Shown here piece after piece: positions 29,918 through 40,431 of a stretch of 64,000 nucleotides of DNA; the first letter of the stretch is position 1; each line of letters opens with the position of its first letter. Position numbers and translations under genes: made by a program. The DNA comes from Anaerohalosphaeraceae bacterium (GTDB lineage: Bacteria > Planctomycetota > Phycisphaerae > Sedimentisphaerales > Anaerohalosphaeraceae), in contig CAXXSL010000013.1 in assembly GCA_963675525.2 (NCBI GenBank), positions 320,001 to 384,000 of the forward strand, given 5' to 3'. The notes under the pieces were generated by a model, which made no database searches, was not told the DNA's origin, and saw only the letters and a list, made by a program, of their open reading frames with translations.

Positions 29918-31744
29918 TTATTTTTCCCCTATCGATTTGACTCCGAGGCGGAGGGAGACGCCAAACTCCTTTTCTAATTGATCGGGGGTCACCATCATCT
30001 CATCATGACCGTCGGCAAAAACAACATTCGTTCGGGCCTGTCCCCTGTCGACGACACTGTCAAGCATCTGTTTGTCATAAGCAATGGCCGCGTAGTCGGG
30101 ACGCTCAATGGCCTTAAGATTGCCCTTGGGCAGATAAACAACATGCTCATTTACCCATATAAAAAGGTCGGGCTCAAGATACGGTTTCAGCACATCAAGA
30201 TCGGGCGGCAGCATGGCATTATTGTCATCGGCATATAAACGACAGGCCAGGGCAAGTTCTTTCAGTTTCCGGGCGGATGCCACATGTGCCTGTAGGTCCG
30301 ATTTTTCCGTTTCAATTTCCACCATAGCATTTGTATTGTCTGCAATATCTTTCATGGTAGGTACAAACGGATTCTCGTCTTTCTCACCGGCTATCCTGAC
30401 AGCATACATCAAAGTCCTAATGACGTTGCCGTCTTTGATAAAATCGCGTCTCCAAAGCGGCAGATATTTCTCGCTTAGCCCAACAGGTTCTTTGAGCACG
30501 TAAGTACGTATCTGGTCGCATTCAGGCAGAGCGATCTGTTTTTTCGAACTCGACGCCGCGCCATCGTAACCGTTCAATCCTTCATGTGACTGACTGTTCC
30601 GCATCAGGTAGTCCAACTCGTCGCCCTCTTTCGATATAATTAGCTGATAATCTACATTGGGGCCATCTGCCGGGTTTGTTAATGTTCCATCTGTACTCCC
30701 CCAGTATCCACGAATGGAATCACCTTCTATTTTAAATGAGGTTCGAGCAAGGCGCACCGGCTTGGTCAGATTCAAACGCCAGTGATACCGTTCGACTCTG
30801 CCGTCATTGTCTGAAGCAATAAATCGCACGGGCAAGCTAATATCCTCAACCTGCACAGTGGGAGCAATTTCCACCTCTGTTTTGCCGCCGGGGCCATTTT
30901 TCTTTTCATAAATCAATTTGGTATTATCAGAGATTATAATTAATCGTCCGTTCTCCAGAGACACGTCTGCCCATTCGTTTCCCACAAATACAAGTTTGTC
31001 CTTTTCAAAAACGCACTTCGTCACACCGGTATGATACTGACCCTCACTATCCATGCCTTCGGAGGCAACCGTTCCATCCGGCCTGATGGTTAATAGAGCT
31101 GTCTTAACTTTTGAATTATTTTGGCCTTTAATTTCACCTGTTTCCCAAGTACCCAAATAGGGTTTTAACTTATGTGCAAAATCTTCTTTACCTGAAGACG
31201 GAGAACTGGAGACTGAAGATTCTGCTTCTTCTGCCTTCTGCCCATTGCCTTTTGCCTGTTCTATCTCCACCTCTGTTTTCACTGCGGGATGAAGAGCGTC
31301 GTATTCATCGTAGGTGTAGACATAAATGAATTTATCCTTAACAACATAGGTATGATCGGTACCGCAAACCGCTTTCAGGGCCTCTTCAAACGTTACGTCA
31401 TAGAGATTGGTTACCTGATTGATACCACCCGTCATTTCCGACGGAACAATATTCTTTTGATACATTTTACCTAATATCTGCAATGCTTTTACTCTTGGGT
31501 TATCTCCATCAAATGAAATGTTCATACGCCCATCAGTAAGTATAACCTTGCCTTCTTTTACTTCTTCTTCTGAAGTCTGGCGACTGGTAACTGAAGACAT
31601 TCCTATCGGGTCGCTTGCGCTCGATACTTCCATTTGGTTTCGTAATTCTTCGGTGGAACACTTCAGTGCAAGAATTGATTCCAATGCCACCTCAAAACGT
31701 CCCTCTTCAATCAGTTTTTTTACGTCTTTCAGTTGAGTCAGCAC
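29918..31744 (-). CDS. Probable C-terminal part of the BlaR1-like protein (secretin-N-like and H-X9-DG modules)
   Basis: Joins the upstream ORF if one A is removed from the A7 run at 31773-31779; ends TNVVFADGH. Confidence 0.65.
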   Translation of the reverse strand: MLTQLKDVKKLIEEGRFEVALESILALKCSTEELRNQMEVSSASDPIGMSSVTSRQTSEEEVKEGKVILTDGRMNISFDGDNPRVKALQILGKMYQKNIVPSEMTGGINQVTNLYDVTFEEALKAVCGTDHTYVVKDKFIYVYTYDEYDALHPAVKTEVEIEQAKGNGQKAEEAESSVSSSPSSGKEDFAHKLKPYLGTWETGEIKGQNNSKVKTALLTIRPDGTVASEGMDSEGQYHTGVTKCVFEKDKLVFVGNEWADVSLENGRLIIISDNTKLIYEKKNGPGGKTEVEIAPTVQVEDISLPVRFIASDNDGRVERYHWRLNLTKPVRLARTSFKIEGDSIRGYWGSTDGTLTNPADGPNVDYQLIISKEGDELDYLMRNSQSHEGLNGYDGAASSSKKQIALPECDQIRTYVLKEPVGLSEKYLPLWRRDFIKDGNVIRTLMYAVRIAGEKDENPFVPTMKDIADNTNAMVEIETEKSDLQAHVASARKLKELALACRLYADDNNAMLPPDLDVLKPYLEPDLFIWVNEHVVYLPKGNLKAIERPDYAAIAYDKQMLDSVVDRGQARTNVVFADGHDEMMVTPDQLEKEFGVSLRLGVKSIGEK

Positions 31745-31760
31745 AGCTCCTGCCTGAGGT

Positions 31761-34700
31761 TCAAACGACGTGTTTTTTTGTGCTTTTTAATACTACAGGT
31801 GCAAAAGCAAGCATTTGATCTATCATCATTAAAGCACCCTCGCAATCATCAAATAACAAAGGAGCATGCAGCATGCTCTCTGACATATTGCCAATCGCTT
31901 CAAGCGTCTTGATCGCAGTCTGACTATCGCCTTCTGCCGATTTGTCATTCGCCGATTGTTCATCGTCAATCGAAACTTCCACCTGTGTTTTGACGCCGGG
32001 GCGGAGGGCGACGTTTTTGAAGGTTATCCGACTATAGGGCCGTGTCTGCAATTTGACGGAATCCAGTTTCTCTAACGGCAGGTTAAACTGATACGACGTG
32101 GAAACGCCGTCTTCGAAATTCCGTGAAAAGCTTCCGGGCACACTGCCTTCCTGAAATGGATGCGGGTACTCTTTGCCGTCGGTGTCAATGGCAATCAGAC
32201 GCACATCCTGATCTGTCATTGAATGAGAAACAGAGACAACTGTACGGCCGTCACGTTCAGCAATGGGAGAAATCGTGATTGGCTCATTAAACCCATCCGC
32301 ATTATCCATTAGAAGCGAATTACCCTGCTTCGCTGTTGCAACGGTTTTCCATTCGCCTCCGGCTACGGCGACATCCAGATCACAGGTCATCAGCGATTGA
32401 TCAAGCACCATCCAGAGCGAACAAAGATTTACCGTCTCCTGCCCTGGCTCAAAGTGCTGCATCTGAGCTGAGTATATACGCGGATTCGGCATGGCAGCCA
32501 TTCGTGTATGAACAGCGCGCGTCTCCTCAAGCCCATTAAACCGTACCAGAAACTCATATCCCGCCTGCCCCTCAGCACAAGCATATTTACGTTCCTGCTC
32601 AAAGAAAGGCAGCATCTCGTCAAGCAGCACCCCTTTCGCATTCCAGCATCGGCTTGGATCTGAAAAATCATAAACACCCAGCAGTTCGACGGTGACGCCG
32701 TTGGGGAGGGTGGCTTTGTAGTTCGGAGTTTTGAGTTCGGAGTTTTGAGTTGACTCTTTTGGCCCCAGAGCAAACCCTTCGAATGTCGCCCAGAACAACG
32801 GGCGTCTTTGCAGCTTAAAATGGCTTAGCTCTTTTTTATTCAGGCCCATGGCCGCTCCAGCATAAAGCACGCGCTGATCTTTTCGAAAATCGCCAATGAA
32901 CTCATCACTCGCATCCACAGGATACTCATTTCCTTTTTTGTCAACCGCAACCAAACGTATTCCGAAATCCGGATCAAATTCCCAGAACATTCTGGCAACA
33001 ACCTGCTTTAATGGGCCTTTTGGAACCTCGTGCTGTATGGTCAGGTTATAGTTTCCGAAATCCTGCCCTTCTTTAATCGTCCCCACATCCGCCCAGGCAC
33101 CGTAACCCCAGGCACGTTTAACAATAAACGGCTGGCCAGATTCCAATTGAAAGGTTTTCCAGCCGTGAACATCATAAAAATTGCCGTCTGGTGCAGGGTG
33201 TTCATAGCCATCCTTGATTTTCATCTCGGGACGCTGGAGAACGTAGGCTAGTTCATAAATTTTTGCATTGTCCAATTGAAATTGTTTAAGCTTTGGCCCT
33301 TCGATAATCCCTCCATCCGGATCCCAGAAAACGATAGGGTTGTCGTTTGGCCTGAATAACGCAACAAGCTTGACCGCCTCACCGTCGGGGAGTATAGTGG
33401 TAAAGCTTTCGGTCTTGAGTTTGGAATTCTTTGTTAGTTCAAAATTGATGATTTTTTCTTCTTCCGAACCAAAAAGCTTGGTTAGCAAAATTTCACTTTC
33501 CGTTTTGTACCCATCCGCTTCGGCAACAACAAAATGTTCTTCATACCATGTTTTGTATTCGTAATGACCGCTTGAATCCGTAACGGTGGAGAATTTTCCG
33601 TCATCGTATTCTTTGTTATCTCCAACTTTCGCTCCGGCAATCGGCTTTCCGGTTTCGGTATCGGTGACGGTGCCGGTGATAGTAAAATCCCCACCATCCA
33701 CTTTCGGTTGGCCCGCTTCAGAAGAAAATAGTTTTTTGACATATTCCTTGTGCAATTTAATGACGCCATCATCTCCAATATCTTCCTTTTGATTTATCTC
33801 CCCGATAAATCCATAGCGTTGGATAATTGAATTATCTCTAAGTACCTGCAGCTCAAAAAGGCGATTGGGAGACGAGCCAATTTCTTTTAAATCTTTAAAG
33901 AATATCAGACGTGTCGTGTCTTCAGGCGTTAGCCTGAAAGTTCCCTTCGAAGTCTCGATAGCTTTTTTCTTATGTGCAGGATCATAGATTGCATATTCTT
34001 CCTTCCATCTACTTCCCTGTCGATAGATCTTGCCTATGATGTCGACCTTACCATTGTCAAAATTGCTTCGCGAAGGTCCGCTCACACCGGTTTTTCGTTC
34101 TACGCCGCCATTGTCTTCCTGAATAAATTTAGCGTGATAGTGATACAATAAGAACCTTTGGTTCTGGCAGCGGTCAATACGAATATGGAAATTGGCGGAA
34201 TCCTCCGTTTGTATTAGTTCGATCCATTGCACTGATGCAGGAGTTGTGATTCCATCGATATTATCCCGTTTCGGCCTGTTCGCCATCGGCATCACGCAGG
34301 TGGTCATAATGGCGACCAAGATTATGATAGTGGCAATGCGCAGGGGGCGGTTTTTCCAGGTGTTTTTTTCCAGCCATTTGAGACGCGCAACGAGCCATCT
34401 GGAGTTTTCGAACAATCCCAACAGCCCCAATCCCGGGTCGACCGGTTCGGCCAATAATCGTCTTGCCGTTTCCAACAGGGTTTGGCGATAATGAATCGTA
34501 TTTTCACGCAGCAGTTTGGACACCGTCGCATCGCAGCACAACTCACGGAGATTTTGCAAAGTTTTGCGAATCATCCACAGCAGCGGATTGAACCAGTAGG
34601 CAATCTGGAGAATCATGTAAACGGCATGGACCAGCAAATCGCCGCGTTTGATATGCGCCAGTTCGTGCAGGAGAATGTGTTCGGTGTCCTGTTTTGACAT

Positions 34701-35456
34701 CCTTTCAAATTTTTTCGCGGGCATCAGCAGAACGGGGCGAAAGACGCCGAATACCGCCGGGCAGGAAACCTTGTCTGTTAAAATCACCTGCGGCAGTCGT
34801 TTCAAATTCAGTTTCTGTGCGACTGCCTCAAGTTGTTCACTAAATCGCTCGGGCAACTGTTTCGGCTGCCGCTGGATTCCCGCCTGCGCGGGAATGACAG
34901 AAAGATGTTCTTTTCGCAAACCGGAAAGCCGTGCAATCAGCCACATTGATAATACCGTGATTCCCGCCAGCCAAACAAACATTGCATAGACTTTCCATGA
35001 AATAAACCCCCTCCTTCCTTCGGAGTACTGGCCCTTGACAGGAGGAGAGTTATCTGACCGCTCCCTCACGTTCGCGGCTCTGATTGAATCCGCATCCGTT
35101 GTTTCGGGAGCTGCGGCGGCGATTGTATTCTGTCCCTCGTGGACATCGATCCCTGCGCTCGCGCTTCGGGCTTTTGTTTCGGGAGTTTGCGGAGCGGGGT
35201 TGAACTGGATTTGGACAACTTTTTGTGCCGCAGCCGGAATATGCGAAGTCACGCTGGCCGGGCTGGTGAATGTCGGGGGAATCAGCAGTTTGACCAGTAC
35301 CAGCATCCACAACGCATACCGCACCTGCGGCCAGGCCCATTTACGAATCAGCAAATCGGCAATCCAGATAATCGCGATCAAGACCGCCGTCTGCCACAGC
35401 ATGGAAATTTGCCAGGTAAACCATTTATCCGCTATCGTATTCAGTAAACTCATCAT
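31761..35456 (-). CDS. BlaR1/MecR1-like M56 metallopeptidase signal transducer with large extracellular region
   Basis: RYALWMLVLVKLL, PAVFGVFRP, HELAHIKRGD, YWFNPLLW, RELCCD; ATGA overlap with blaI-like gene. Confidence 0.9.
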   Translation of the reverse strand: MMSLLNTIADKWFTWQISMLWQTAVLIAIIWIADLLIRKWAWPQVRYALWMLVLVKLLIPPTFTSPASVTSHIPAAAQKVVQIQFNPAPQTPETKARSASAGIDVHEGQNTIAAAAPETTDADSIRAANVRERSDNSPPVKGQYSEGRRGFISWKVYAMFVWLAGITVLSMWLIARLSGLRKEHLSVIPAQAGIQRQPKQLPERFSEQLEAVAQKLNLKRLPQVILTDKVSCPAVFGVFRPVLLMPAKKFERMSKQDTEHILLHELAHIKRGDLLVHAVYMILQIAYWFNPLLWMIRKTLQNLRELCCDATVSKLLRENTIHYRQTLLETARRLLAEPVDPGLGLLGLFENSRWLVARLKWLEKNTWKNRPLRIATIIILVAIMTTCVMPMANRPKRDNIDGITTPASVQWIELIQTEDSANFHIRIDRCQNQRFLLYHYHAKFIQEDNGGVERKTGVSGPSRSNFDNGKVDIIGKIYRQGSRWKEEYAIYDPAHKKKAIETSKGTFRLTPEDTTRLIFFKDLKEIGSSPNRLFELQVLRDNSIIQRYGFIGEINQKEDIGDDGVIKLHKEYVKKLFSSEAGQPKVDGGDFTITGTVTDTETGKPIAGAKVGDNKEYDDGKFSTVTDSSGHYEYKTWYEEHFVVAEADGYKTESEILLTKLFGSEEEKIINFELTKNSKLKTESFTTILPDGEAVKLVALFRPNDNPIVFWDPDGGIIEGPKLKQFQLDNAKIYELAYVLQRPEMKIKDGYEHPAPDGNFYDVHGWKTFQLESGQPFIVKRAWGYGAWADVGTIKEGQDFGNYNLTIQHEVPKGPLKQVVARMFWEFDPDFGIRLVAVDKKGNEYPVDASDEFIGDFRKDQRVLYAGAAMGLNKKELSHFKLQRRPLFWATFEGFALGPKESTQNSELKTPNYKATLPNGVTVELLGVYDFSDPSRCWNAKGVLLDEMLPFFEQERKYACAEGQAGYEFLVRFNGLEETRAVHTRMAAMPNPRIYSAQMQHFEPGQETVNLCSLWMVLDQSLMTCDLDVAVAGGEWKTVATAKQGNSLLMDNADGFNEPITISPIAERDGRTVVSVSHSMTDQDVRLIAIDTDGKEYPHPFQEGSVPGSFSRNFEDGVSTSYQFNLPLEKLDSVKLQTRPYSRITFKNVALRPGVKTQVEVSIDDEQSANDKSAEGDSQTAIKTLEAIGNMSESMLHAPLLFDDCEGALMMIDQMLAFAPVVLKSTKKHVV
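32721..32751. repeat. Heptamer tandem repeat (AACTCAA/AACTCCG) in a linker
   Basis: Minus strand reads aactcaa-aactccg-aactcaa-aactccg-aac. Confidence 0.6.
34872..34898. repeat. Palindromic coding repeat encoding VIPAQAGIQ
   Basis: attcccgc-ctgc-gcgggaat palindrome; matches the ATTCCC-N8-GGGAAT pattern of dRS3/RPE-like repeats. Confidence 0.7.
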
Positions 35457-35842
35457 TTAGATTGCTCCTTTCCACCGTCCTTCTGCTCGCCTTCAGTCAA
35501 TGCCTGTAACAACTCTTCCTTTTGTTTTCCTGAGAGTTTCTCCTCTGCCACCAGAAAATGCATCAACGGCCCGAACGCCCCGTCAAAGGCCTGATTGGCC
35601 AGCGACTTGAGAGCACTCCGTTGTGCGTTTTGCCGTGTCAAAATCGGCTCATACAAACCGATATTGCCTTTTTTTGATTCTTTAACCGCGTTTTTATCGG
35701 TCAGTCGTGTCAACATGGTTTTGATAGTGGTGTAGGCCCAGTTGATGTCATCGGGCAAACGGCCGGCGATTTGCCGGGCCGTAGCGGGCCATTCGGACCA
35801 CAGGGCATTCATGATTTGCCATTCAGCTTCGGTTAATTTCAT
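35453..35842 (-). CDS. BlaI/MecI/CopY family repressor
   Basis: MKLTEAEWQIMNALW, WAYTTIKTMLTRL. Confidence 0.93.
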   Translation of the reverse strand: MKLTEAEWQIMNALWSEWPATARQIAGRLPDDINWAYTTIKTMLTRLTDKNAVKESKKGNIGLYEPILTRQNAQRSALKSLANQAFDGAFGPLMHFLVAEEKLSGKQKEELLQALTEGEQKDGGKEQSK

Positions 35843-35873
35843 CTTAAGACTCCTTAAAATTCAGCCAGTCTTC

Positions 35874-35917
35874 TACAAATGTAAAAGTAATTCTACTACA
35901 TATGTAGAAGCTGTCAA
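35874..35917 (-). promoter_or_regulatory. Sigma70 promoter overlapped by two BlaI/CopY boxes
   Basis: Minus strand TTGACA (35912-35917), 16 bp, TAGAAT (35890-35895); TACAnnTGTA boxes at 35874-35883 and 35897-35906. Confidence 0.8.
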
Positions 35918-36109
35918 GGGTGAAAATGTTTCAACTAAAAATATTTTTGTGTAATTTGAAAATTCTCAAAGAAGGCCGACTTCCGTCAGTCAATTATGTT
36001 AGAATGTTCAGATTAATTACCCTCTGATGGATTCAAAGCTTGTTTTTTAGCCCTGATTTTGCTATCCTATCTGTCTTTAACCCGAAGAAATCGACATTAT
36101 GAGGCTATT

Positions 36110-36646
36110 TTGGGCGATAATAACAATCAACAGGGGTTTGTACTGTGGCTGACCGGGCTGTCCGGCTCCGGAAAGACAACACTGGCAGAAAATCTTTATG
36201 CGGAGATCAGCCGCTTGGGCAAGAAGGTCGAACGGTTGGACGGCGATGTTCTTCGGGGTGTTTTTCCGAATACCGGATTTTCTAAAGAGGCCCGCGACGA
36301 ACACATCCGGCGGGTTGGTTTTATGGCATCGCGACTGGAACATCACGGGGTCATTGTCATCGCCTCATTCATATCGCCCTACCGCCAGGCCCGCGATTTT
36401 GTCCGGGGTCTGTGCGGCAATTTAATCGAGGTCTATATTAAAGCTTCGATTGATGAATGTAAGCGTCGTGATGTAAAGGGTTTATACAAAAAAGCTCTGA
36501 GTGGCGAGATTAAGTCCTTTACCGGAATTGACGATCCATATGAAGAGCCGACACAGCCGGAACTTGTGGTCGACACTGAACAACAAACCATTGATGAATC
36601 GGTTCGGCAAGTAATGGATTATCTGAAACCTTATTTACAGGATTAA
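36110..36646 (+). CDS. cysC: Adenylyl-sulfate kinase
   Basis: WLTGLSGSGKTT, LDGD, FISPY, RDVKGLY, FTGIDDPYEEP; TTG start inferred from GAGG. Confidence 0.95.
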   Translation: MGDNNNQQGFVLWLTGLSGSGKTTLAENLYAEISRLGKKVERLDGDVLRGVFPNTGFSKEARDEHIRRVGFMASRLEHHGVIVIASFISPYRQARDFVRGLCGNLIEVYIKASIDECKRRDVKGLYKKALSGEIKSFTGIDDPYEEPTQPELVVDTEQQTIDESVRQVMDYLKPYLQD

Positions 36647-36649
36647 AAC

Positions 36650-37531
36650 GTGGATCATTTGGATCATCTGGAAAGTTTGGGCATTCATATTCTGCGGGAA
36701 GCGTACGCAAACTTCAAGAATATGTGTATGCTCTGGTCGATCGGCAAAGACAGCACGGTTTTACTCTGGCTGGCCCGCAAGGCATTCCTGGGACATGTGC
36801 CGTTTCCGCTGGTGCATATTGATACGCACTTTAAGATCCCGGAGATGATCGAATACCGCGACCGACTGACCAAAGAGTGGCACCTGGATATGGTCTTCGG
36901 CGAAAATCGCGAGGCGCTGGATGCGAAGAAAACCTATCCGGACGGCAACGCCGACCGGCTATCCTGCTGTAAAATGCTTAAAACCGATGCGCTGCGGCAT
37001 ACGCTCAGCGGACAGTGGCCGCGGTATCGTTTCAATCACACGCAGGGCCGTTATGAAGTGGATGCCAACACGGAACCGTTTACCGGCGTCATTGTCGGGC
37101 TGCGAGCCGACGAAGAAGGCTCACGCTCAAAAGAACGCTACTTTTCACCGCGTGATCGTCAGAATGAATGGGACATTGCCGATCAGCCGCCGGAGTTCTG
37201 GAACCAGTTTAAAACGGATTTTTCTCCCGGCACACATGTTCGCGTTCATCCGCTGCTGGACTGGACAGAATTGAATATCTGGGAATACATCGACCGGGAA
37301 AAGATTCCCACCGTTTCGCTCTATTATGATCAGGGTGAAGGCAAAAGATACCGTTCACTAGGGTGTTACCCTTGTACGTACCCGATCGATTCAAAGGCGA
37401 AAAATCCGAAAGAGATCATCAAAGAGCTGCGCAGCGGCCAACTGTCGAACATTGCCGAACGTTCCGGCCGGGCGCAGGATGCCGAAGACGGCGGCGGGCT
37501 GGAAACACTCAGACGTGAAGGATACATGTAA
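36650..37531 (+). CDS. cysD: Sulfate adenylyltransferase subunit 2
   Basis: [51 protein letters not shown]. Confidence 0.95.
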   Translation: MDHLDHLESLGIHILREAYANFKNMCMLWSIGKDSTVLLWLARKAFLGHVPFPLVHIDTHFKIPEMIEYRDRLTKEWHLDMVFGENREALDAKKTYPDGNADRLSCCKMLKTDALRHTLSGQWPRYRFNHTQGRYEVDANTEPFTGVIVGLRADEEGSRSKERYFSPRDRQNEWDIADQPPEFWNQFKTDFSPGTHVRVHPLLDWTELNIWEYIDREKIPTVSLYYDQGEGKRYRSLGCYPCTYPIDSKAKNPKEIIKELRSGQLSNIAERSGRAQDAEDGGGLETLRREGYM

Positions 37532-37752
37532 TGAAAGTCCATGCAAAAGCGAATCGAAGTCTTGCCAAAACGGTCACGTGGCGGGTTCTGGCCACCTTTA
37601 CGACGATGTTGTTGGTGTGGATCGCCTTTGGCGAAATTGATAAAGCCATAGGCGTCGGGCTTGTGGAGTTTGTTGTCAAAATGATTATCTATTACAGCCA
37701 CGAACGGGTATGGGCACGAATTTCATGGGGATTGGTACCGTATGACAAATAA
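37531..37752 (+). CDS. DUF2061-type small membrane protein
   Basis: [24 protein letters not shown]. Confidence 0.8.
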   Translation: MKVHAKANRSLAKTVTWRVLATFTTMLLVWIAFGEIDKAIGVGLVEFVVKMIIYYSHERVWARISWGLVPYDK

Positions 37753-39544
37753 AAACGAGCAAATGAATATTGTCATCGCCGGGCATGTGGACCACGGCAA
37801 GAGCACCGTCATAGGCAGACTGCTGGCCGATACGGGCTCGCTGCCGAAAGGCAAATTGGAACAGGTCAAAGAAACCTGTCGGCGAAACAGCAAACCGTTT
37901 GAATACGCGTTTCTGCTGGACGCACTCAAAGACGAACAGTCCCAGGGTATCACGATCGATGCGGCCCGCGTATTCTTCAAAACTGGCAAACGGCATTACA
38001 TCATCATCGACGCACCCGGCCATATCGAATTCCTGAAGAATATGGTGACCGGCGCCTCTCATGCTGAAGCAGCGCTTTTGGTTATTGACGCAGAAGAAGG
38101 CGTTCAGGAAAATTCACGCCGGCACGGGTATATGATTTCCATGCTGGGCATAAAACAAATGGTTGTGCTGGTCAATAAAATGGACCTGGTGAACTATGAC
38201 CAGCAGGTCTTTAACGCCATTGTCAACGAATACACTGACTTTTTAAACGGCATCGGCCTGACCGCGAAAGCCTTCCTTCCGGTCAGCGGCATGGAAGGCG
38301 ATGCGATCGCGGCCTTGACTGACAAAATGCCGTGGTATCAAGGGCAGACTGTACTTGAATCACTGGACAGTTTTGAAAAAGAACCACTGCCGGTTGACAA
38401 GCCTTTCCGAATGCCGGTGCAGGATGTGTATAAATTTACCAAAGCCGGAGATAAACGCCGGATTATCGCCGGAACGGTCGATACCGGAACGGTCACCGTG
38501 GGCGACGAAATCATCTTCTATCCATCGGGCAAACGGAGTACCGTCAAATCACTGGAATGCTTTAAAGCCCAATCGCCCGCCAAGTTTTCTGCCGGCAGCG
38601 CTGCCAGTCTGACACTGGACCAGCAAATCTATATCGCACGCGGCCAACTTGCCGCCCGGGCCGATCAACCCGCTCCTAAAGTCAGTAAACGCCTTCGCGT
38701 CAACCTGTTCTGGATGGGTAAACAGCCAATGGAGAGGGGCAAAACCTATATCCTGAAAGTCGGAACCGTCAAAGAACCTGTTTGCGTCGAAGAGATCACC
38801 AGCGTCATGGATGCTTCGGACCTAAGTTCGGCACATCAGAAAGACAGCATCGAATATCACGACGTTGCCGAATGCATTCTTTCCTGTCAACATGCGATCG
38901 CTTTTGATATCATCGAAGACGTTCCTGCCACGGGCCGATTCGTCATCGTCGATGACTATGAGATTCGCGGCGGCGGCATCATTCGCGAATCACTGGCCGA
39001 TGAACAGGAGCAAATGCGCCAGCAGGTCATGCAGCGTAACCTGAAATGGGAATCGAGTACGATCTGTCGGGAAAATCGCTGGGAACGCTATAATCAGAAG
39101 GCCGCACTGATTTTGATAACGGGTAAACGCAATGTCGGCAAGAAAACGCTGGCCCGAGCGATCGAGCAACAACTTTTTGCAGACGGCAAAATGGTTTACT
39201 TTATGGGCATTGCCAATGTGCTTTACGGCGTGGACGCAGACATCAAAAAGCCGGGCACCGACCAGTCACATCGCCCCGAACACCTTCGCCGATTAGCGGA
39301 AGTGGCCAACATCTTACTGGACGCCGGGGTAATTCTCATCGTCACCGCCATCGGCTTGACACAAAAAGACCTGGAGATCATTCAGAACGTTGTGGACAGT
39401 GACCTGATCGAACCGGTCTGGCTGGGAAGTGAGCCAAGTGATATTAATTTCGCCATGAAGGTACCGGGCCTAAATGACCTTGATGATACGCTGAACCGTG
39501 TCAAGGCCCTGCTACAAAATAAGGGCATTATCTTCAAGCCTTAA
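37742..39544 (+). CDS. cysN: Sulfate adenylyltransferase subunit 1 with degenerate C-terminal APS-kinase-like domain
   Basis: [33 protein letters not shown]-terminal GKRNVGKKT. Confidence 0.92.
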   Translation: MTNKNEQMNIVIAGHVDHGKSTVIGRLLADTGSLPKGKLEQVKETCRRNSKPFEYAFLLDALKDEQSQGITIDAARVFFKTGKRHYIIIDAPGHIEFLKNMVTGASHAEAALLVIDAEEGVQENSRRHGYMISMLGIKQMVVLVNKMDLVNYDQQVFNAIVNEYTDFLNGIGLTAKAFLPVSGMEGDAIAALTDKMPWYQGQTVLESLDSFEKEPLPVDKPFRMPVQDVYKFTKAGDKRRIIAGTVDTGTVTVGDEIIFYPSGKRSTVKSLECFKAQSPAKFSAGSAASLTLDQQIYIARGQLAARADQPAPKVSKRLRVNLFWMGKQPMERGKTYILKVGTVKEPVCVEEITSVMDASDLSSAHQKDSIEYHDVAECILSCQHAIAFDIIEDVPATGRFVIVDDYEIRGGGIIRESLADEQEQMRQQVMQRNLKWESSTICRENRWERYNQKAALILITGKRNVGKKTLARAIEQQLFADGKMVYFMGIANVLYGVDADIKKPGTDQSHRPEHLRRLAEVANILLDAGVILIVTAIGLTQKDLEIIQNVVDSDLIEPVWLGSEPSDINFAMKVPGLNDLDDTLNRVKALLQNKGIIFKP

Positions 39545-39558
39545 AGGAAAACAACCGG

Positions 39559-40329
39559 ATGATCGATTATTCAGAGGTGTTGAAACGGATTGAAAAAGCA
39601 CTTGCCGCCGGAACGGAGGTGCTGAAAGACTTCACCCCCGGTAAAATTCAATCAACCCTAAAGGATGGCGGCGACCCGGTTACCGAGGCCGATTTACTAC
39701 TTGATCATGTCTTAAAAAAAGAACTCTTGCGAGACGGCGAAGGCTGGCTTTCGGAAGAAACCGTCGACGACCAGTCCCGCCTGGAAAAAGAATGTGTTTG
39801 GATCGTTGACCCACTGGATGGAACGCGAGAGTTTATTCAGGGAGTCCCGGAGTGGTGCATATCGATCGCATATGTGGCAAATGGCCGGCCCGAAGCAGCC
39901 GGCATCTGCAACCCGGAAACGGATGAAACATTTTTGGGCACACGCATATCAGGGGTCACGCTAAACGGTCAGCCGGTTCATGTCAGTGATAAAGCAGACC
40001 TGCAGACAGCAAGGGTACTTGCAAGCCGCAGCGAAGTCAAACGAGGCGAATGGGAGCGGTTTGAAGGGGCCTTCGAGATGGTCGCGATGGGGTCAGTCGC
40101 TTACAAACTGGCACGGGTAGCAGCGGGATTGGATGATGCAACATTTACCCTGGTGCCGAAGAATGAATGGGATGTGGCGGCCGGCTGGCTGCTGGTCGAG
40201 GCGGCCGGCGGAATTATTATAGATAAAAGTGGAACCACTCGGACATTCAATCAGCCACAATCCTTACTGAGCGGACTTATATCCGCAAACCCGATTTTGC
40301 ATAAAAAACTTCTTCAGCTCTGTAGTTAA
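39559..40329 (+). CDS. cysQ: 3'(2'),5'-bisphosphate nucleotidase
   Basis: DPVTEAD, SEE, VDPLDGTREF, EWDVAAG; last gene of cys operon. Confidence 0.88.
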   Translation: MIDYSEVLKRIEKALAAGTEVLKDFTPGKIQSTLKDGGDPVTEADLLLDHVLKKELLRDGEGWLSEETVDDQSRLEKECVWIVDPLDGTREFIQGVPEWCISIAYVANGRPEAAGICNPETDETFLGTRISGVTLNGQPVHVSDKADLQTARVLASRSEVKRGEWERFEGAFEMVAMGSVAYKLARVAAGLDDATFTLVPKNEWDVAAGWLLVEAAGGIIIDKSGTTRTFNQPQSLLSGLISANPILHKKLLQLCS

Positions 40330-40431
40330 CTCTTGCTTTAGGCACAATTTTTTTCTAAAATCATTGACAGGGCTGATAAGCTATTAATAATAGCAAAAGA
40401 GCTAATTATCTAATCTTGCAGAGGAAGAGCT

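Noticed and set aside
31770..31782. Programmed -1 frameshift at the A run
   Set aside because: The -1 frame hits a stop within about ten codons; joining the ORFs needs +1
31761..35842. Beta-lactam resistance locus
   Set aside because: No beta-lactamase or penicillin-binding sensor domain; only the regulatory fold is shared
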